Assembly: GCF_000143415.4 (NCBI RefSeq)
Contig: NW_003314350.1
Span: forward strand, 62,001-126,000
Source: Selaginella moellendorffii
Lineage: Eukaryota > Plantae > Lycopodiophyta
Length of the DNA stretch: 64,000 nt
Direction: 5' to 3'
The translations under genes and the position numbers were made by a program. Position 1 is the first letter of the stretch, and every line of letters starts with the position of its first letter. Positions 51,801 through 64,000 of the stretch are shown piece by piece. The notes under the pieces are model-generated. The model was not told where the DNA came from. It did not search any database and was given only the letters and a program-made list of their open reading frames with translations.

Positions 51801-54800
51801 GCTAAAGCTCAACCCCTTACTAAATAATCTCGTCTAGAACACAACTAACTCAAACTTGCCACTCAGCTTGTTTGAACGTTAATACAGTTGCTAACTAGTA
51901 AATGCACGAATGCCAATAACACCAAGCCATAGCCAAATCATCAACACTATCTTCATCGAGGCTAATAAAACTCGACATCATTCTTTCGGAGAGACATCTC
52001 ATTTCACTTAAATCTCAACACCAATAATGTCAACGACAAGGCATCACTTCAATGCCATCAACATCATAACAAGCTAGAAGAAAGCAAGAGTGAATCACCA
52101 CTCAAAGCTCTTTAGCAACCAAGCTAACCAAAGTCGAAGATACTTTACTCAGTATCCAAGACCAATCCTTCAACAATACTCAGTTATAGATAACACTTCC
52201 TGAAGGAGTGGATCACCATATCCAAGACTCAATGAAATTCAACACCACGGACCAAATGCAACCAAATGATATCGACAAAGGTAAAGTCGACATACTAACA
52301 TGGAAAACCCATGTAAGTCTAACGACACGATCCTCCACAACACCATCTGGTAAAGCAAGTCTATCGTTGCTAAATCTTCATCGAGTGAAGAAAGTGTCAA
52401 CAATCCTCGACAAAGTCTACAACCAATCACTAGTCGCAAAGCAACTAACAATCACTCCTTCAACTTGCCTTCACAAGACCCAACACTGAACTCATGTCAT
52501 TGAGTCATATTCTTGTCCAACATGAACGTAATACCTCATGGACGAGATAAGGTTTATAGACAAGCACACACTAAATGACCACTCGAATCCAACTCAATTG
52601 CAATAAGCTCACCAATGCATTTAGCCAATAGCTTTGAGCATGCTTTGAAGAGGCTAGCTATGCATGACCAACACTTAGTTGAAACTAAAGTGAAGACCAT
52701 GAGATGGATCCACATCGGTACACAACCTCCTCATAGACAAAGCTATAGTATGGGTACCAACATCTCAACTTTAAACAACTAAGTTGGACATCACCATTCT
52801 CAGCCAAGGCACAGGGCTACCAAGACCAAGTCAAGATCAGTGAGAGTTCACTACTCTCATAGAGTCTAACGAAATGCAAGGTGCAACCTGCCACCAAGCA
52901 TAACGTTACAAAAGAAAGGCACAAGGGTCACCCTTCTTAGAAAAGCGCAACAGCCACTTTTCTACACCAACTCCAGACTCTATCCAACTCAATTGCCTTA
53001 GCCTCAAAAGTCAGCATCCCTTTCGGGTCGCATCATACAAACTACCTATTAAGGTCTAAGCCAACCGAAGTCAACTCCAACCCCTTCACTAGTTTGTACT
53101 GGCTTACGAAAATGGAATGGTTTTTTTTTTTGGGCAAAGTAATCAACAGATCAGCCATTGGAAAAGTCTAAGAAAATTTGTGAAAAGTTTTCCATCCTAG
53201 AGAAAGAATGACTCTCGGTCTAGAAATGCAAACTTTCAAGACTCAACCAACTTCCTCCTACCAACAACTTCACATAGGTTCACCTCAACACAAATTCTCA
53301 TGATCCATTAATATGCTTAAGCATCGAACATCTTTTGCCCATTTTTCCGATATCCAACACCGACATCTGCAAAAATGCAAAATGAACATCCAAGGCTTGA
53401 TCACGAAGACCACATCTTTGAACATCCATATTGCACTAACACTCTTCTTCAACCACTTTCAAGATCCAATGTGAAGCCAAAAACACTAACAGGAAAAATG
53501 ACATGGAAAATCAAGCTCCAAGGAAAATTTCTCATCACTCGATCAACAATGCCACTTCCACTAACACAAGTGCTAGTGATATCAATGCCTCAACTACACA
53601 TCTTCTCCATCCAACAATCTACTCTAAGTGCTAATAGATAAACCAACAAGCCATAGCAAGTTAATGCTATAACCTTTTTACAACACCTCCATGGGCAAAC
53701 ACATAGAACTAAGGAACCAACTTAAGCTTAGCATAATGGACCACCATCGAGAATCTAGTCAAAGTTACTACAATGCTACTACGTGCAAGTAGACTAGCTT
53801 CACTATCAACCACTTTGGGGTTGATCATCATTTAACCAAGCAACTTCGTAAACACATTACTCATTATCACATGGATATGATATAAGTATCACAATGATTT
53901 GATTATCAATTGAGCAACACTACAAGCAATACCCATGTCATTACTTCAAAGGTTTGTGTGAGTATCAAGTGCCAACTCAATCTGATAAAATGCAACATAA
54001 ATGCCACACTCCCCCGACAAAGATTTACAACACCCAACACCACTAACTTTTGTTCACAACACGGACAAGCTCATGCCACTCTCTTTCCAACCAAACTCAA
54101 AACTAATCCAACACCAAGCTACTCAAGGAGCGATAGCAAGGTTCCCGGAAAAAGATTTGAGCATTGCAACTCAAGTCTTCTAATAGCAAGCCTAGACAAA
54201 ATGGTATAGCAGTTCACTGCTATCCATCCCACAACTCACCATTATAAGACCATCATCTCCAACATACATCAAGATAGGGACTTTTGATTACATAATATGA
54301 ACACGAGCAATGAGTCACACCTCGTTGCAAATCATCTCTCCAAGAAGAGGAGATGATTTACGTGTTTGATCCTTCGTCCTTGACGACTCTCTTTTCGGCC
54401 TCATCTTGATTAAACCTCAAGCTTGTGTTCGCACTGCTTTCAGTCTAATCCAAGAAAAGTTTATGAGAGAGCACAACAATGATTACTTGAATCAATAGAC
54501 TCATCCCTACAGTCTTGGTTGATCCACTTGTAACCATGCCTAGGAAGGATCCACTAGTGCCATGCTAAATAGCTACGGACCAGCCTATTTGCCACTCATA
54601 GCAAACCTAGGGAGATTTGCTTTCACCCATGGTACATGGAACAACTCATGGAACCACCGATAGGCTATCATTAATCCTACCAACTCAAAGTGTAACCTTG
54701 AGTTGCTAATGTGCCTCACTCACGAGCCCAAGCACAAATTCGTGTGAAACGGAACATCTCAATCCCTCTTATGAGCCCAAGAGCAAGCTCACATTATTAT

Positions 54801-56105
54801 GGTACGAAAAGGTAACCAAATCCATACCCAAGGAACGATTGTGAAGCCTTTGCACCCAAACGTGTACCCACTCGGATCATCGTTTTCATCTCTGCGTATG
54901 CAATGAGACTAGTTGCCCAATCTCATTGGATAGTATTGCTGAGACGTATTCTCTGATACCAAATGTAGCGCACGTGGTTTTTACCCTTTATCCTATGGTT
55001 ATTTACCATAGAATAACACCACGAAGCGGAACCTAAACCCTCTTTGTGCCACGTGACAGATGCCACATGTCACATGCCACGTGTCCATGCCACGTGTCCA
55101 TAGGAACCCGAGGTTCAGGGCCTTGGGTCACTGAACGAAGGAACGGTGCCAAACTCCCAAGCATGGGGCCAAGGAGTGACGGAACCGATCCACGGCGCAA
55201 CTCCTGAGCGTAAAGCCCAAGGAGCGAAGGGACAGGAGCCCGAAGTGACTTGGAACAGTCCTAGAGCGACCAGCATCCTAATGCCAGGACCAGCACGCAA
55301 AACGGGGCCAAACGGAGTCTAGCGCTATTTTGGCATACCTGTGGCCTAACGCGAGGACATGGGTACTCTACCAACTAGCATGGTGTGGAGCTTAGGCTTA
55401 GACCCAAGCTGGACGCAGAACAAGGACAGGCACACAAGCAGGAGCTAGACTATGCCTTAGGTCGGTCGGCCATGCCCGACCTACCCACTATCCCTACTAT
55501 ACATTTGGAACCCCCCACAGCCCCCCCCTTGAGGAACACACGCTTTGGGCTTTCACCCCAAGCCTCCCTTAATATCAGGAGTTAGTCTCTGGGACAAACT
55601 CGAAACTTACTAAATATGGAATGACGCTAGATTGCGAATTTGGACACGGGACGAACACCATTGTGTTCAGGCCGATCTCTACATTCCGTAGATATGCCAA
55701 ATGAGCCAATCTGAACACTTTCCATAAATAGCATTTGGGACCGAAATGAGACTAACACAAAGGGTATGATAGCGAGGGTGTTTGGCAGACACGGTAAGCT
55801 ATCATCTAGCGATATTGAGGGACCAATCTCAACATCGCGGGGGTTCTTGATACTAGCAAGTGCAAGCCAATGACACAAGTTTCTCAAACTAGGCCGAGTA
55901 TGCTCAGCAAGAAACACATAGGGTTCCTACCTTATGTTTATCCAATCTAAGTGCATGTTCATTGACCAGTTTCTCAACTAGCTCAAGTGAGAACTGATAA
56001 CGGGCCCAACAATACCGACCTCCTGCCGTCGTGGCAGTAAGGTAAGAATGTCCGAAAGGACTGGTTGACAGGTAACTTTCGATACCCGAAGCCACATTCG
56101 CGACA
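48865..56105 (-). mobile_element. Structurally intact non-autonomous LTR retrotransposon (LARD-like, Gypsy-derived)
   Basis: LTRs 48865-50010 and 54964-56105 (TG...CA); TSD CTAAT on both sides; PBS TGGTATCAGAG at 54961-54951; PPT at 50011-50022; no long internal ORF. Confidence 0.95.
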
Positions 56106-56489
56106 CTAATTGGCAAGTCTAACTGCACCAAAAGGCCCAAAATGCCCTTGGACTTCAAACTCTTGCCTTTTATACTTCTAGACCCAAGATTCCTCCATAT
56201 TAATTGATGATGTTTTTACCCAAGACTCTTATATTTGGATCTTTCAACATTCTACTATCTTCTAGCCATGTCCTATGAATCATATTGTGGTTTTTCTATA
56301 ACTCATTTTAAAAGTTGGCACTTTAATTCTTTATAACCAACTCCTATAATGTTTAATTTTGCCATCTAACAATCTTTTTCCTTTATCATCCACCATATCA
56401 GCTATATGAATCAAACCTAGTATAGACTATTCTCCTAACTTTCTCTAAAATAAACTCATCTTTGGTATTTACAAACTATATATGCCAAG

Positions 56490-56830
56490 TTGGGAAAATG
56501 CTAAAATTCAAGTTGGCTTTTGGATAGTAGTGCCACCCACCACATAATATTGGATCAAATTGATTGGTTTTATAGCGAATAAGTTATAAATAAGATGAAA
56601 CATTAAGAATAATAGTTTTTGGAAAGATCTTTCTTCCTACATTACAATAGAGATCATTAATGTATTGTTTGCTTTGAATTTTTCCAAAAACTTGTTATCT
56701 ATTTCTAAACTAGCAAAGGATGGCATTTACACTTTCTTCCATTACACAGCAAGAAACTTCATCTTTAGATTGACACACTTTATATATGTAATATTAAAGA
56801 TGGATTTATTTTCTTCTTATGATATCTATC
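56490..56830 (+). mobile_element. Ty1/Copia pol fragment (protease region)
   Basis: WLLDSSATHH and NVLFALNFSKNLLSISKLAKDG. Confidence 0.7.
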
Positions 56831-57559
56831 ACTATTATAATAGTATCTTAATAAGGGACACTTTTTCCATCATCATTGAATGCTTTCCATGACAATATAG
56901 TGTGTCTATAATTGATTTTTAATCCAGTGCACCATGGAATAAATAAGCACTTTGACATATTCTATTATTTCATTTGAGAATAAATCAAGTTAGAAGAGAT
57001 TTAGCTGAAACATATGTCAACAATAAATATAGCACAAACTCTCTTTAATTTCTTTTACTTCTAAATCAATTCCTTTGCACAATTCTCTACTCCTCTTAAT
57101 CACTCCCTTAAATAATAGATTAAAACAACATAGGCCACTAATTCATTTTTTAGGAAGTTTAGCAATTGTTTTCTTTTCATGCTTCTTCAACCCAATATAA
57201 AAATTATCAATTTCTTCACTTCTTGAATGGGCTTTTTCATTGATATACTCATACATGATGGCGAGATGCAATTGTGTGTTATCTTAATATGCCATAACAC
57301 CCAAGCAACAAGACACTTTAGTGTCTAGAAGACATTGAAACTAGTCTAACAATAGTTATGGTAGCCTTATATATACTAGTATGTTAAACACTTTGTTTGT
57401 ACCTGTGATATATATCAGTAGACCAAGATGCCTTAATATGCTCTATCTAGTCTCCTCCAACCCTTTTCTTTTGCTCAAAAGTTAAGGAAATATCTTTATG
57501 AATTTCCTTACCAATCTTCCTTACCACATTGTGGGATCCAAGATTGTACATCTTCGAAG

Positions 57560-58647
57560 CTCTTTATATGCATCCTGGAGCTTGGTTGGCAGTCACCAAC
57601 AGGTTCATGGTCTGCCCTGGAGCAATCACCACGACATTGATGTGGAAAGGCTTGACATAGCCAGCGTCCACTTCCACCACGGTTAGAGTGTGGTTAGCTA
57701 TGGCGAAGAAGAGCTCCGTGTTGAGGACATTGTTTACAAGCCGGAGGAGATAAGTTTTCCCAGGAAGAGCATTGAGGACGAAGACATCTGCGATATAAAC
57801 TCGCTAGCTATCCAGAAAGGAGGCCTGGAAACGATCACCACACCGTGGGAGGAGCAATTGTAGAGAGGCCTTGGTTTTCCATTGATGGTGAAGGCATCCG
57901 AGATGTTTGGACTGCCGCCGGTTCCAAGCGCTTGCTTGACGACTTTGAGAATGTCGCTCTTCCACCACTCGCCTGGACGGAAAACTCTCAAAGTTAGACA
58001 AGCTCATTGGGTTTCTAGTGCAGTCTCTAACTGAAGACGAGTGGAACTTCCTTCTCGAGCTTTGGAAACGGGTAGCCGAGGCCGAGCTTTGGATGGATGA
58101 TGAAGGCTCCATGCACGGTTGCTCTCAGCCAGTTGATGTGTGTGTGCCACCACAGAGTTCCTCGCTGCTCAGTGACCGTGAAGTCGTACGTGAACGTCTG
58201 GTTTGGCTGGATCGGGCACTAGGTGATGTAGGCGGGTCCATCAAACCAGGTAGATCGCAGTTGCCTCACTCCATACCTGGTATAAACTCTTGAGCATTCA
58301 ATCATCTCTCTTTAATTTTCTTCTTTGCTTCAGGACTTACCAGTGAATGGTCATGTTGTGTGGGACTCGGTTCATGACTTTGACGACAACGCGATCGCCC
58401 TCGTTGAGGTGAATCGTTGGTCCTGGAACTTTCGGTTCACTGAGATTATGTGCTTGGTGCTGCAGAGCTTGCTCACTTTGTGCGATTGGATCTAGCAAAC
58501 AAGGCTGCAAGTTTCATCCATCCACTTTGGAGAAGAAAAATCCATTCTACTCACCATGAAGTTGTAGTGCCTGGTAACTCCGGCTTGGACTCCCTGTGCG
58601 AGCACAAGTACAATGCCGATGGCGAGCAGCAGCATGGTGGAATGCAT
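57560..58647 (-). pseudogene. LAC: Laccase pseudogene (5' half only)
   Basis: GVTRHYNF, PGPTIHLNEGD, TIHW|YGVRQ (His to Tyr), DGPAYIT*CP (stop), [24 protein letters not shown]; frameshifted and truncated. Confidence 0.9.
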
Positions 58648-60446
58648 TGCCTCTTCCCGAGCAAAGACAAAGCAAGAAAATCAAGAGCTCGAGCTGAGAA
58701 CTCCTGAGCTGCGATCCTGGTGATGGAAATTCCAGAGTGACGATGGCAGCCATTTATACCCGGGGCCAAGGTTTCCAGCAGACAAGAACAGCCAACAAAC
58801 TGCGTGGCCACACACACTTGAGGACCAAGGCAAGCAAAAGTGAGAGAGTAGTCGAAGCACAAAGACAGAACAACAATTCCACCAGCCAAGAAGTGCGCCA
58901 AATCACCAAACTTCAGCATTTCCCTTCTCTTCTTTTGGGTGCTGTATGAAGCAAGCCCTGCGTGCATCGGATGCACACCCCGGGCCGCACACTGGCCGTT
59001 GGATAACCAGTTAGCCATTGGCTTCCTAATTTTGAAAAGAATCGTGATCATTCTATCTATCCATTCCACTCCACTCTACCAACTAAAATCTAGGTAGATT
59101 TTAGGGCAAACTGTTGCGATTTTAGGGCCATATCAGTGCCTTGATCCTCCACGTGGACGGCGTCTTCCTCTCAAACTATGCCATCTTCTTTGCGGCAATA
59201 TCCAGGCTTCTTGGCTCCAAGCGCCTGCTCTTGCTTCACTCGCGGCGGGCAGTGCTCGTTCGGTGCTGCGCTGGTGAGTAACGCACATTCCTCCAGAGAT
59301 CCAAATTTCTCTGTGATTCGAAGGTCCCTCACATCAGTAAATGCAATCATATGGGAGAGATGACTAAGGACCATGGATAAGGCATGAAGTTCACAACCAC
59401 AAGGATTGGAAACATGTGTTTGTACAATGAGTTGCATGGATTTTAACTGCATCAAACTAGACTTTAGTTCCATTGATCCTTTCCTTTGTCACCAGTTTAA
59501 TGCCCCCATACTTTTTCCCAATTTCGAGCATGTTAAAATCGGATTATGGTTGACAATATTCTTGTTTTGGTCAACTGGTTTTCCAAAATGGCACATTTCT
59601 TGAGAGTAGTTGGTTTAGTTTATTTAAAAGGAGATTTTTCACTTTTATGGATTGCTAAATGATATTATCAGTGGTTGAAGGCTTTACTTTATTTTCACAT
59701 TTTAGCACTAGTTTCTTTCTTTACTTCACGTTAAAAGCAAATTGTCAATTCCTTAACATCCTCAAATTATCAACTTCTCAACATCCTTAATTAAAGCATA
59801 TTATTCAAACTCTTGAGTAGTATTTTTGATGTTTTATTTCCCATAAATAAGATAATTGAGTTGATCTCCTTCCTTCTACTAAGTTTGTTGATAATAATTC
59901 TTAACACTATTTAATATATCATTCTCCATTCTTTGTCAACTATAGCCTTCATCCTTATTAATTATATTCATTTTCTTTCAGCACTTGATCTTATAACTAT
60001 ATTTGTTGTTGCTCATGTTATTGCCATGGATTCTCTTCATGAGAAAGTTTACCATCACCTTTCTCATACACAAGCTACTCATTATTGTGCTATTGATCAT
60101 TCTCACCAACCTTGTCCTTCTTCAATTGGATCAAATGTTTAACTTCTTTATTGTTATTAGATGACCACACACCCTTCCTCCTCTAAATATTATTATTGGC
60201 AAGTAAAAGTTTAAGGTTCTTGCTATCCTTGACTTGAAGTATTAGGATCATAAACTTTATTATTTAGTTGATTAGCTTGGGTATCCTCCTAGTGATCATA
60301 CTTAAGAGCCTACTTCTCATTTTGCTCATGCTTCTAAGTTGATTGCAAATATCCACTTAAATTTTGCTTTACATCATTTTAGTTGCTGCATGAGTCTTGA
60401 CATCCTAGAAGGGAATAATGTCATGTATTTACCATCCATTGATTAT

Positions 60447-63400
60447 TGTAGGAAGCGAACCCCATACTATAAGGAACTAACTCCTTGAGGTGTCAAAAGC
60501 TAAAGGATCCTTGAAAGCATAACTAAAATGATAAAGAGTTTATTGGATGAGATCAAATTCGAGATCAAGTCCAAGATTGACTCTGAGACCGAGTTCAAAA
60601 CTATGTCTGAGATCGAGCCCGAGACCGACTCTGAGATCGAGTTCAAGACTGAGTTCGAAACCGAGATCAAGTCCGAGACCGAGTCCGAATACTAATACAA
60701 GTTGGGTGGTGAAAGCCCAAAGCGTGTGTCTCCCAAGGGAGAGGGGGGGGGGAGGGGGTGTTGTAGGGGGTTTCAAAAGTATAATAGGGATAGTGAGGTC
60801 CAGGAACCAGTTTTGAAGGAACTCTCCAGTGGTGTTGAGACTAGGGTTGAGGGGCCTTGGGTGGGAGTGAGTATGGATTCGGGTGGTGCTGGAGGGGCCA
60901 CCCAAGGAAGTGCTCAAGAGTAGCTCCCACTCCCGGAAGGGAAACTGTCTACTGCGCTCCCGGCTCATGTGGAATGGTGCCCCACTTGAGTACCTTGCAG
61001 CTCATTGGTCCTTGCTCTTCCTAGGGGCTTGGGCCTTCCTTTTGGGATAGAAGTGGAGGAGTAGGGGTACCCATATCGGGCCGTTAGGCCATGGTGTTTT
61101 CCTCTGATGTCCCGAAGCAAGTGTTGCACCCAAAACTTGGAATTTAGAGGGTCCCATGATCAAATTTTGTTATACCAAGGGATGTTAGGAATCTAGAGGC
61201 TTGGTGTGCTTGGCTACTTGTGTTTGCAAAGAATGTAATTGAACCTTAAATCCAGTCTAACTCGAAGAGGGGGATTGAAAGAGAATTTAGGAATCCGTGG
61301 ATGGATGGTTAATACTCCATCTCGTGTAGTGAGTTGTTGAAACCAAGTAGGGCCAAGTAAGAGTTGGTACAATAGGCGGGAACCTTCACAAGGGAACTTA
61401 ACTAAGGCCAAGGCTGTGGTGGTCGGATAGACAAGGTAAACTAGCAAATTGGAAAGGAAAAATTTATGGGGTATAATTTGGTATTGGAGCCTTTTTCTCA
61501 GTTCTAGTGAAGGATAGAGGTGGATTGCTGGGAGATGGCAAAAGCAGGGCATAAAAGAACTAAGGCAGAGACAAAACCTCTTTTAGAGCTAGAGCCTCCA
61601 GTCGAACAAAAAGCTATGGATGAGGAATTCTTGCATGAGGAGGACTTTAGTGAGGAAACTTCTAAACAGGAGTCCGGTGGTGAGTTTCAGTTGTCCAAGG
61701 CTTGATTAAATGTTCTAGAAGGACAATTGGCATAGACCAATGCCCTGTTGGAGACTCTCGTATGCAAGCTAAAGCATGACAAGAAAGGGAAGAAAAAACA
61801 AAAGACTGCAGATGTTGGCAGTGCAGAAGGCGTGGACCCTTCGGCAGGGACTAAAGTGGAACCGAACAAGGTTGAACAAACCAAAGTGGAATCAATCCCT
61901 CAAGCAGTTCCCAAATACAAACCAAAACCCCCACTAATATTCAAGGGAGTGAATGATTATAAGGTGGTGAAAGATTGGTTTTACGATATGGAAAATTACT
62001 TTCGAGCATTGTGGTTACCAAGCTTGAAGAAGGTCCCATGTGCAAAACTATACTTGGCAAATAATGCCAAGTTTTGGTGGAGAAAAATAGAGACCAATAA
62101 AGGACCAGTGGCCACTTGGGAAATGATGAAGGTGAGGATCTGTGTGACTTACGTTCCTCCGAATGCTACTTTGCACCTAAGGGATGAGCTGAGTAAGTTG
62201 AAGGAGACCAAAACTATTCAAGAGTATGTGAATGCGTTTATGACAAAGAGGACACTTGTTACGGATATGGGTGATATGATGTGTTTCATGCCTTCATATC
62301 AGGCTTGCAAATTTGGGCTCGAGGCAAGGTGATGCATTGGAACTTGACCAATTATAAGGAAGTATTGAATGCAACTATTAATGTGTATTTCGATGATAAC
62401 CTGTGAAAGGGAACACAATGGGGTTGGGATCCATGTTCAGCAAAGGAGCCAAACCAAGAGGGACATATGGCAAAGGGAAATTCAAGAAGAGTTTCTCTAA
62501 GAATGAGTCCTTAAGGTTTCAAAAAGGCACATTCGGTGGCTAGTAAGCAAGTACATGGGGGAGTCAAGCGAAAAAGGACAAACCCATGGATAAAAAGGTT
62601 AAGTCAGTTAGTAGCATGGGAAACAATATATATTTCAACTGCGGTGAAGCAAGACACTTTTCAAGAGAATGTCCTTACCCCAAAGAAGGCCAAAGTCAAT
62701 ATCGCCATTAAGTCGGGTGAAAACCAAACTGAGGTGTGTGATCCAGTCCTTAGCTCAAAGTTACTTATTACATAAAGAGTCATTCGCGACATTTACTAAC
62801 CCTCCAAGGGAAGCTCGGAAATAACTTTGTTAAGATCCTAGTGCTTTAGATAATTTTGTGATTGCAGACATAGTCCGGCAAGCCGGACTAATAGTGCAGA
62901 AGCTGGATGAACCAAGGACTATAGAGTTTGTTCAAGATAGCTAAAGCATCAATGAGGTACTTCGATAAACAAGAGTCGAAGTAGAGACATGGAAAGTAAA
63001 CATGGACTTTATCGTGTTGGACATGATGGGATTTGATGTGATCTTCGGGATGGATTGGTTCAATCGATTTGTGGTAGCCCTATATGGACAAGGTAGGAAC
63101 CTTATGGTACTGGCAAATGCCTGGAGGCCCAAGATCTAAAGGTAGGGCAATGTAAGGGTAAAGACTCCTTCTTGAACCTGGTGTCCACAAGAGGACAACT
63201 CACTAAAGGAACCAAGACAGCATTTTTGTGTTTACTCTCGGTGAGGAGTGACAAAAAGACGGGAATAAAAGAAGTACCTTTAGTGATCTAGTAGGTGTTG
63301 GATTAATTTCAAAATACTATGTCAAAGGAGCTACCAGCGAGATTACCCCCCACATGACCAATAGAATATAAAATTGAGTTGGTCGAGGGTGCTAAGGCGG

Positions 63401-64000
63401 TGGTTCGTCCCCCCTATCATTTGAACGAAAAGGATTTCAAGGAGCTCAAGCACCAACTGGAAAAGTTGGTGGATAAAAGGTATGTTAGGTTGAGCAAATT
63501 GCCATATGGGGTGTTGGTGTTATTTGTGAAAAAAAAAGATGGATCTATGCGCATGTGCATAGATTACCGATTGCTCAATAAATATACAAAGAAGAATAAG
63601 TACCCTTTACCAAGGATTGAGGACTTATTCGATAGGTTGGAAAAAGTAAAATACTTTTCGAGTATTGACCTAAGGTCAAAATATTACCAGATCAAGATAG
63701 CAGAGGAAGATGTCGAGAAAACAACCTATTAAACAAGGTATAGGAGCTTTGAGTTTTTAATGATGTCCTTTGGGCTGTGCAATATGCCAAGAATATTTTT
63801 GGTGTTAATGAACCACATTTTTGTACCCTATCTAGATCACTTCGCGGTCATTTATATTGACAACATCCTAATCTATAGCAAGACGCTAGAGGAGCATGCC
63901 GCACACTTGACAAAGGTGTTTGAGAAACTAAGGGAACACAAGTTGTATGCTAAAGAGAGCAAATATGACTTTGCTCAACAAGAGGTAAAGTTTCTCGGGC
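60447..64000 (+). mobile_element. Ty3/Gypsy LTR retrotransposon, 5' part (LTR, PBS, gag, PR, RT), degenerate; runs off the right edge; LTR start approximate
   Basis: PBS TGGTATTGGAGC at 61479; gag AKLYLANNAKFWW; knuckle FNCGEARHFSRECP; [22 protein letters not shown]...[13 protein letters not shown] and YIDNILIYS; internal stops. Confidence 0.92.

Overview
Eukaryotic plant nuclear DNA, most likely a lycophyte such as Selaginella. This is an inference from the very short GT-AG introns, genes often only a few hundred bp apart, a flagellar CCDC113-like gene and an atypical CYP74. Bases ~1-40 kb are gene-dense: SKIP16-like F-box, CXXS1-like thioredoxin, a MIR160 locus, GTE bromodomain protein, YIF1, HLTF/RAD5-like helicase, NPP phosphodiesterase, GDSL lipase, SPT4, CCDC113, UMAMIT, HSA32, DDM1, CYP74, SMR and RCE1. 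Two accessory inserts sit in this block. The first is a 1.7-kb palindromic, tail-to-tail TRIM retroelement dimer bounded by a single 5-bp target-site duplication. The second is an intronless 754-aa Crinkler-like P-loop NTPase plus restriction-endonuclease-fold gene, lying between a pseudo-copy and the intact copy of HSA32-DDM1. Bases ~41-64 kb are nested, mostly degenerate LTR retrotransposons plus a laccase pseudogene. They include an LTR end carrying 5S rRNA sequence (Cassandra-like) and a structurally intact 7.2-kb non-coding LTR element with a TSD. All exon structures and family assignments were read by eye from motifs; no searches were run.
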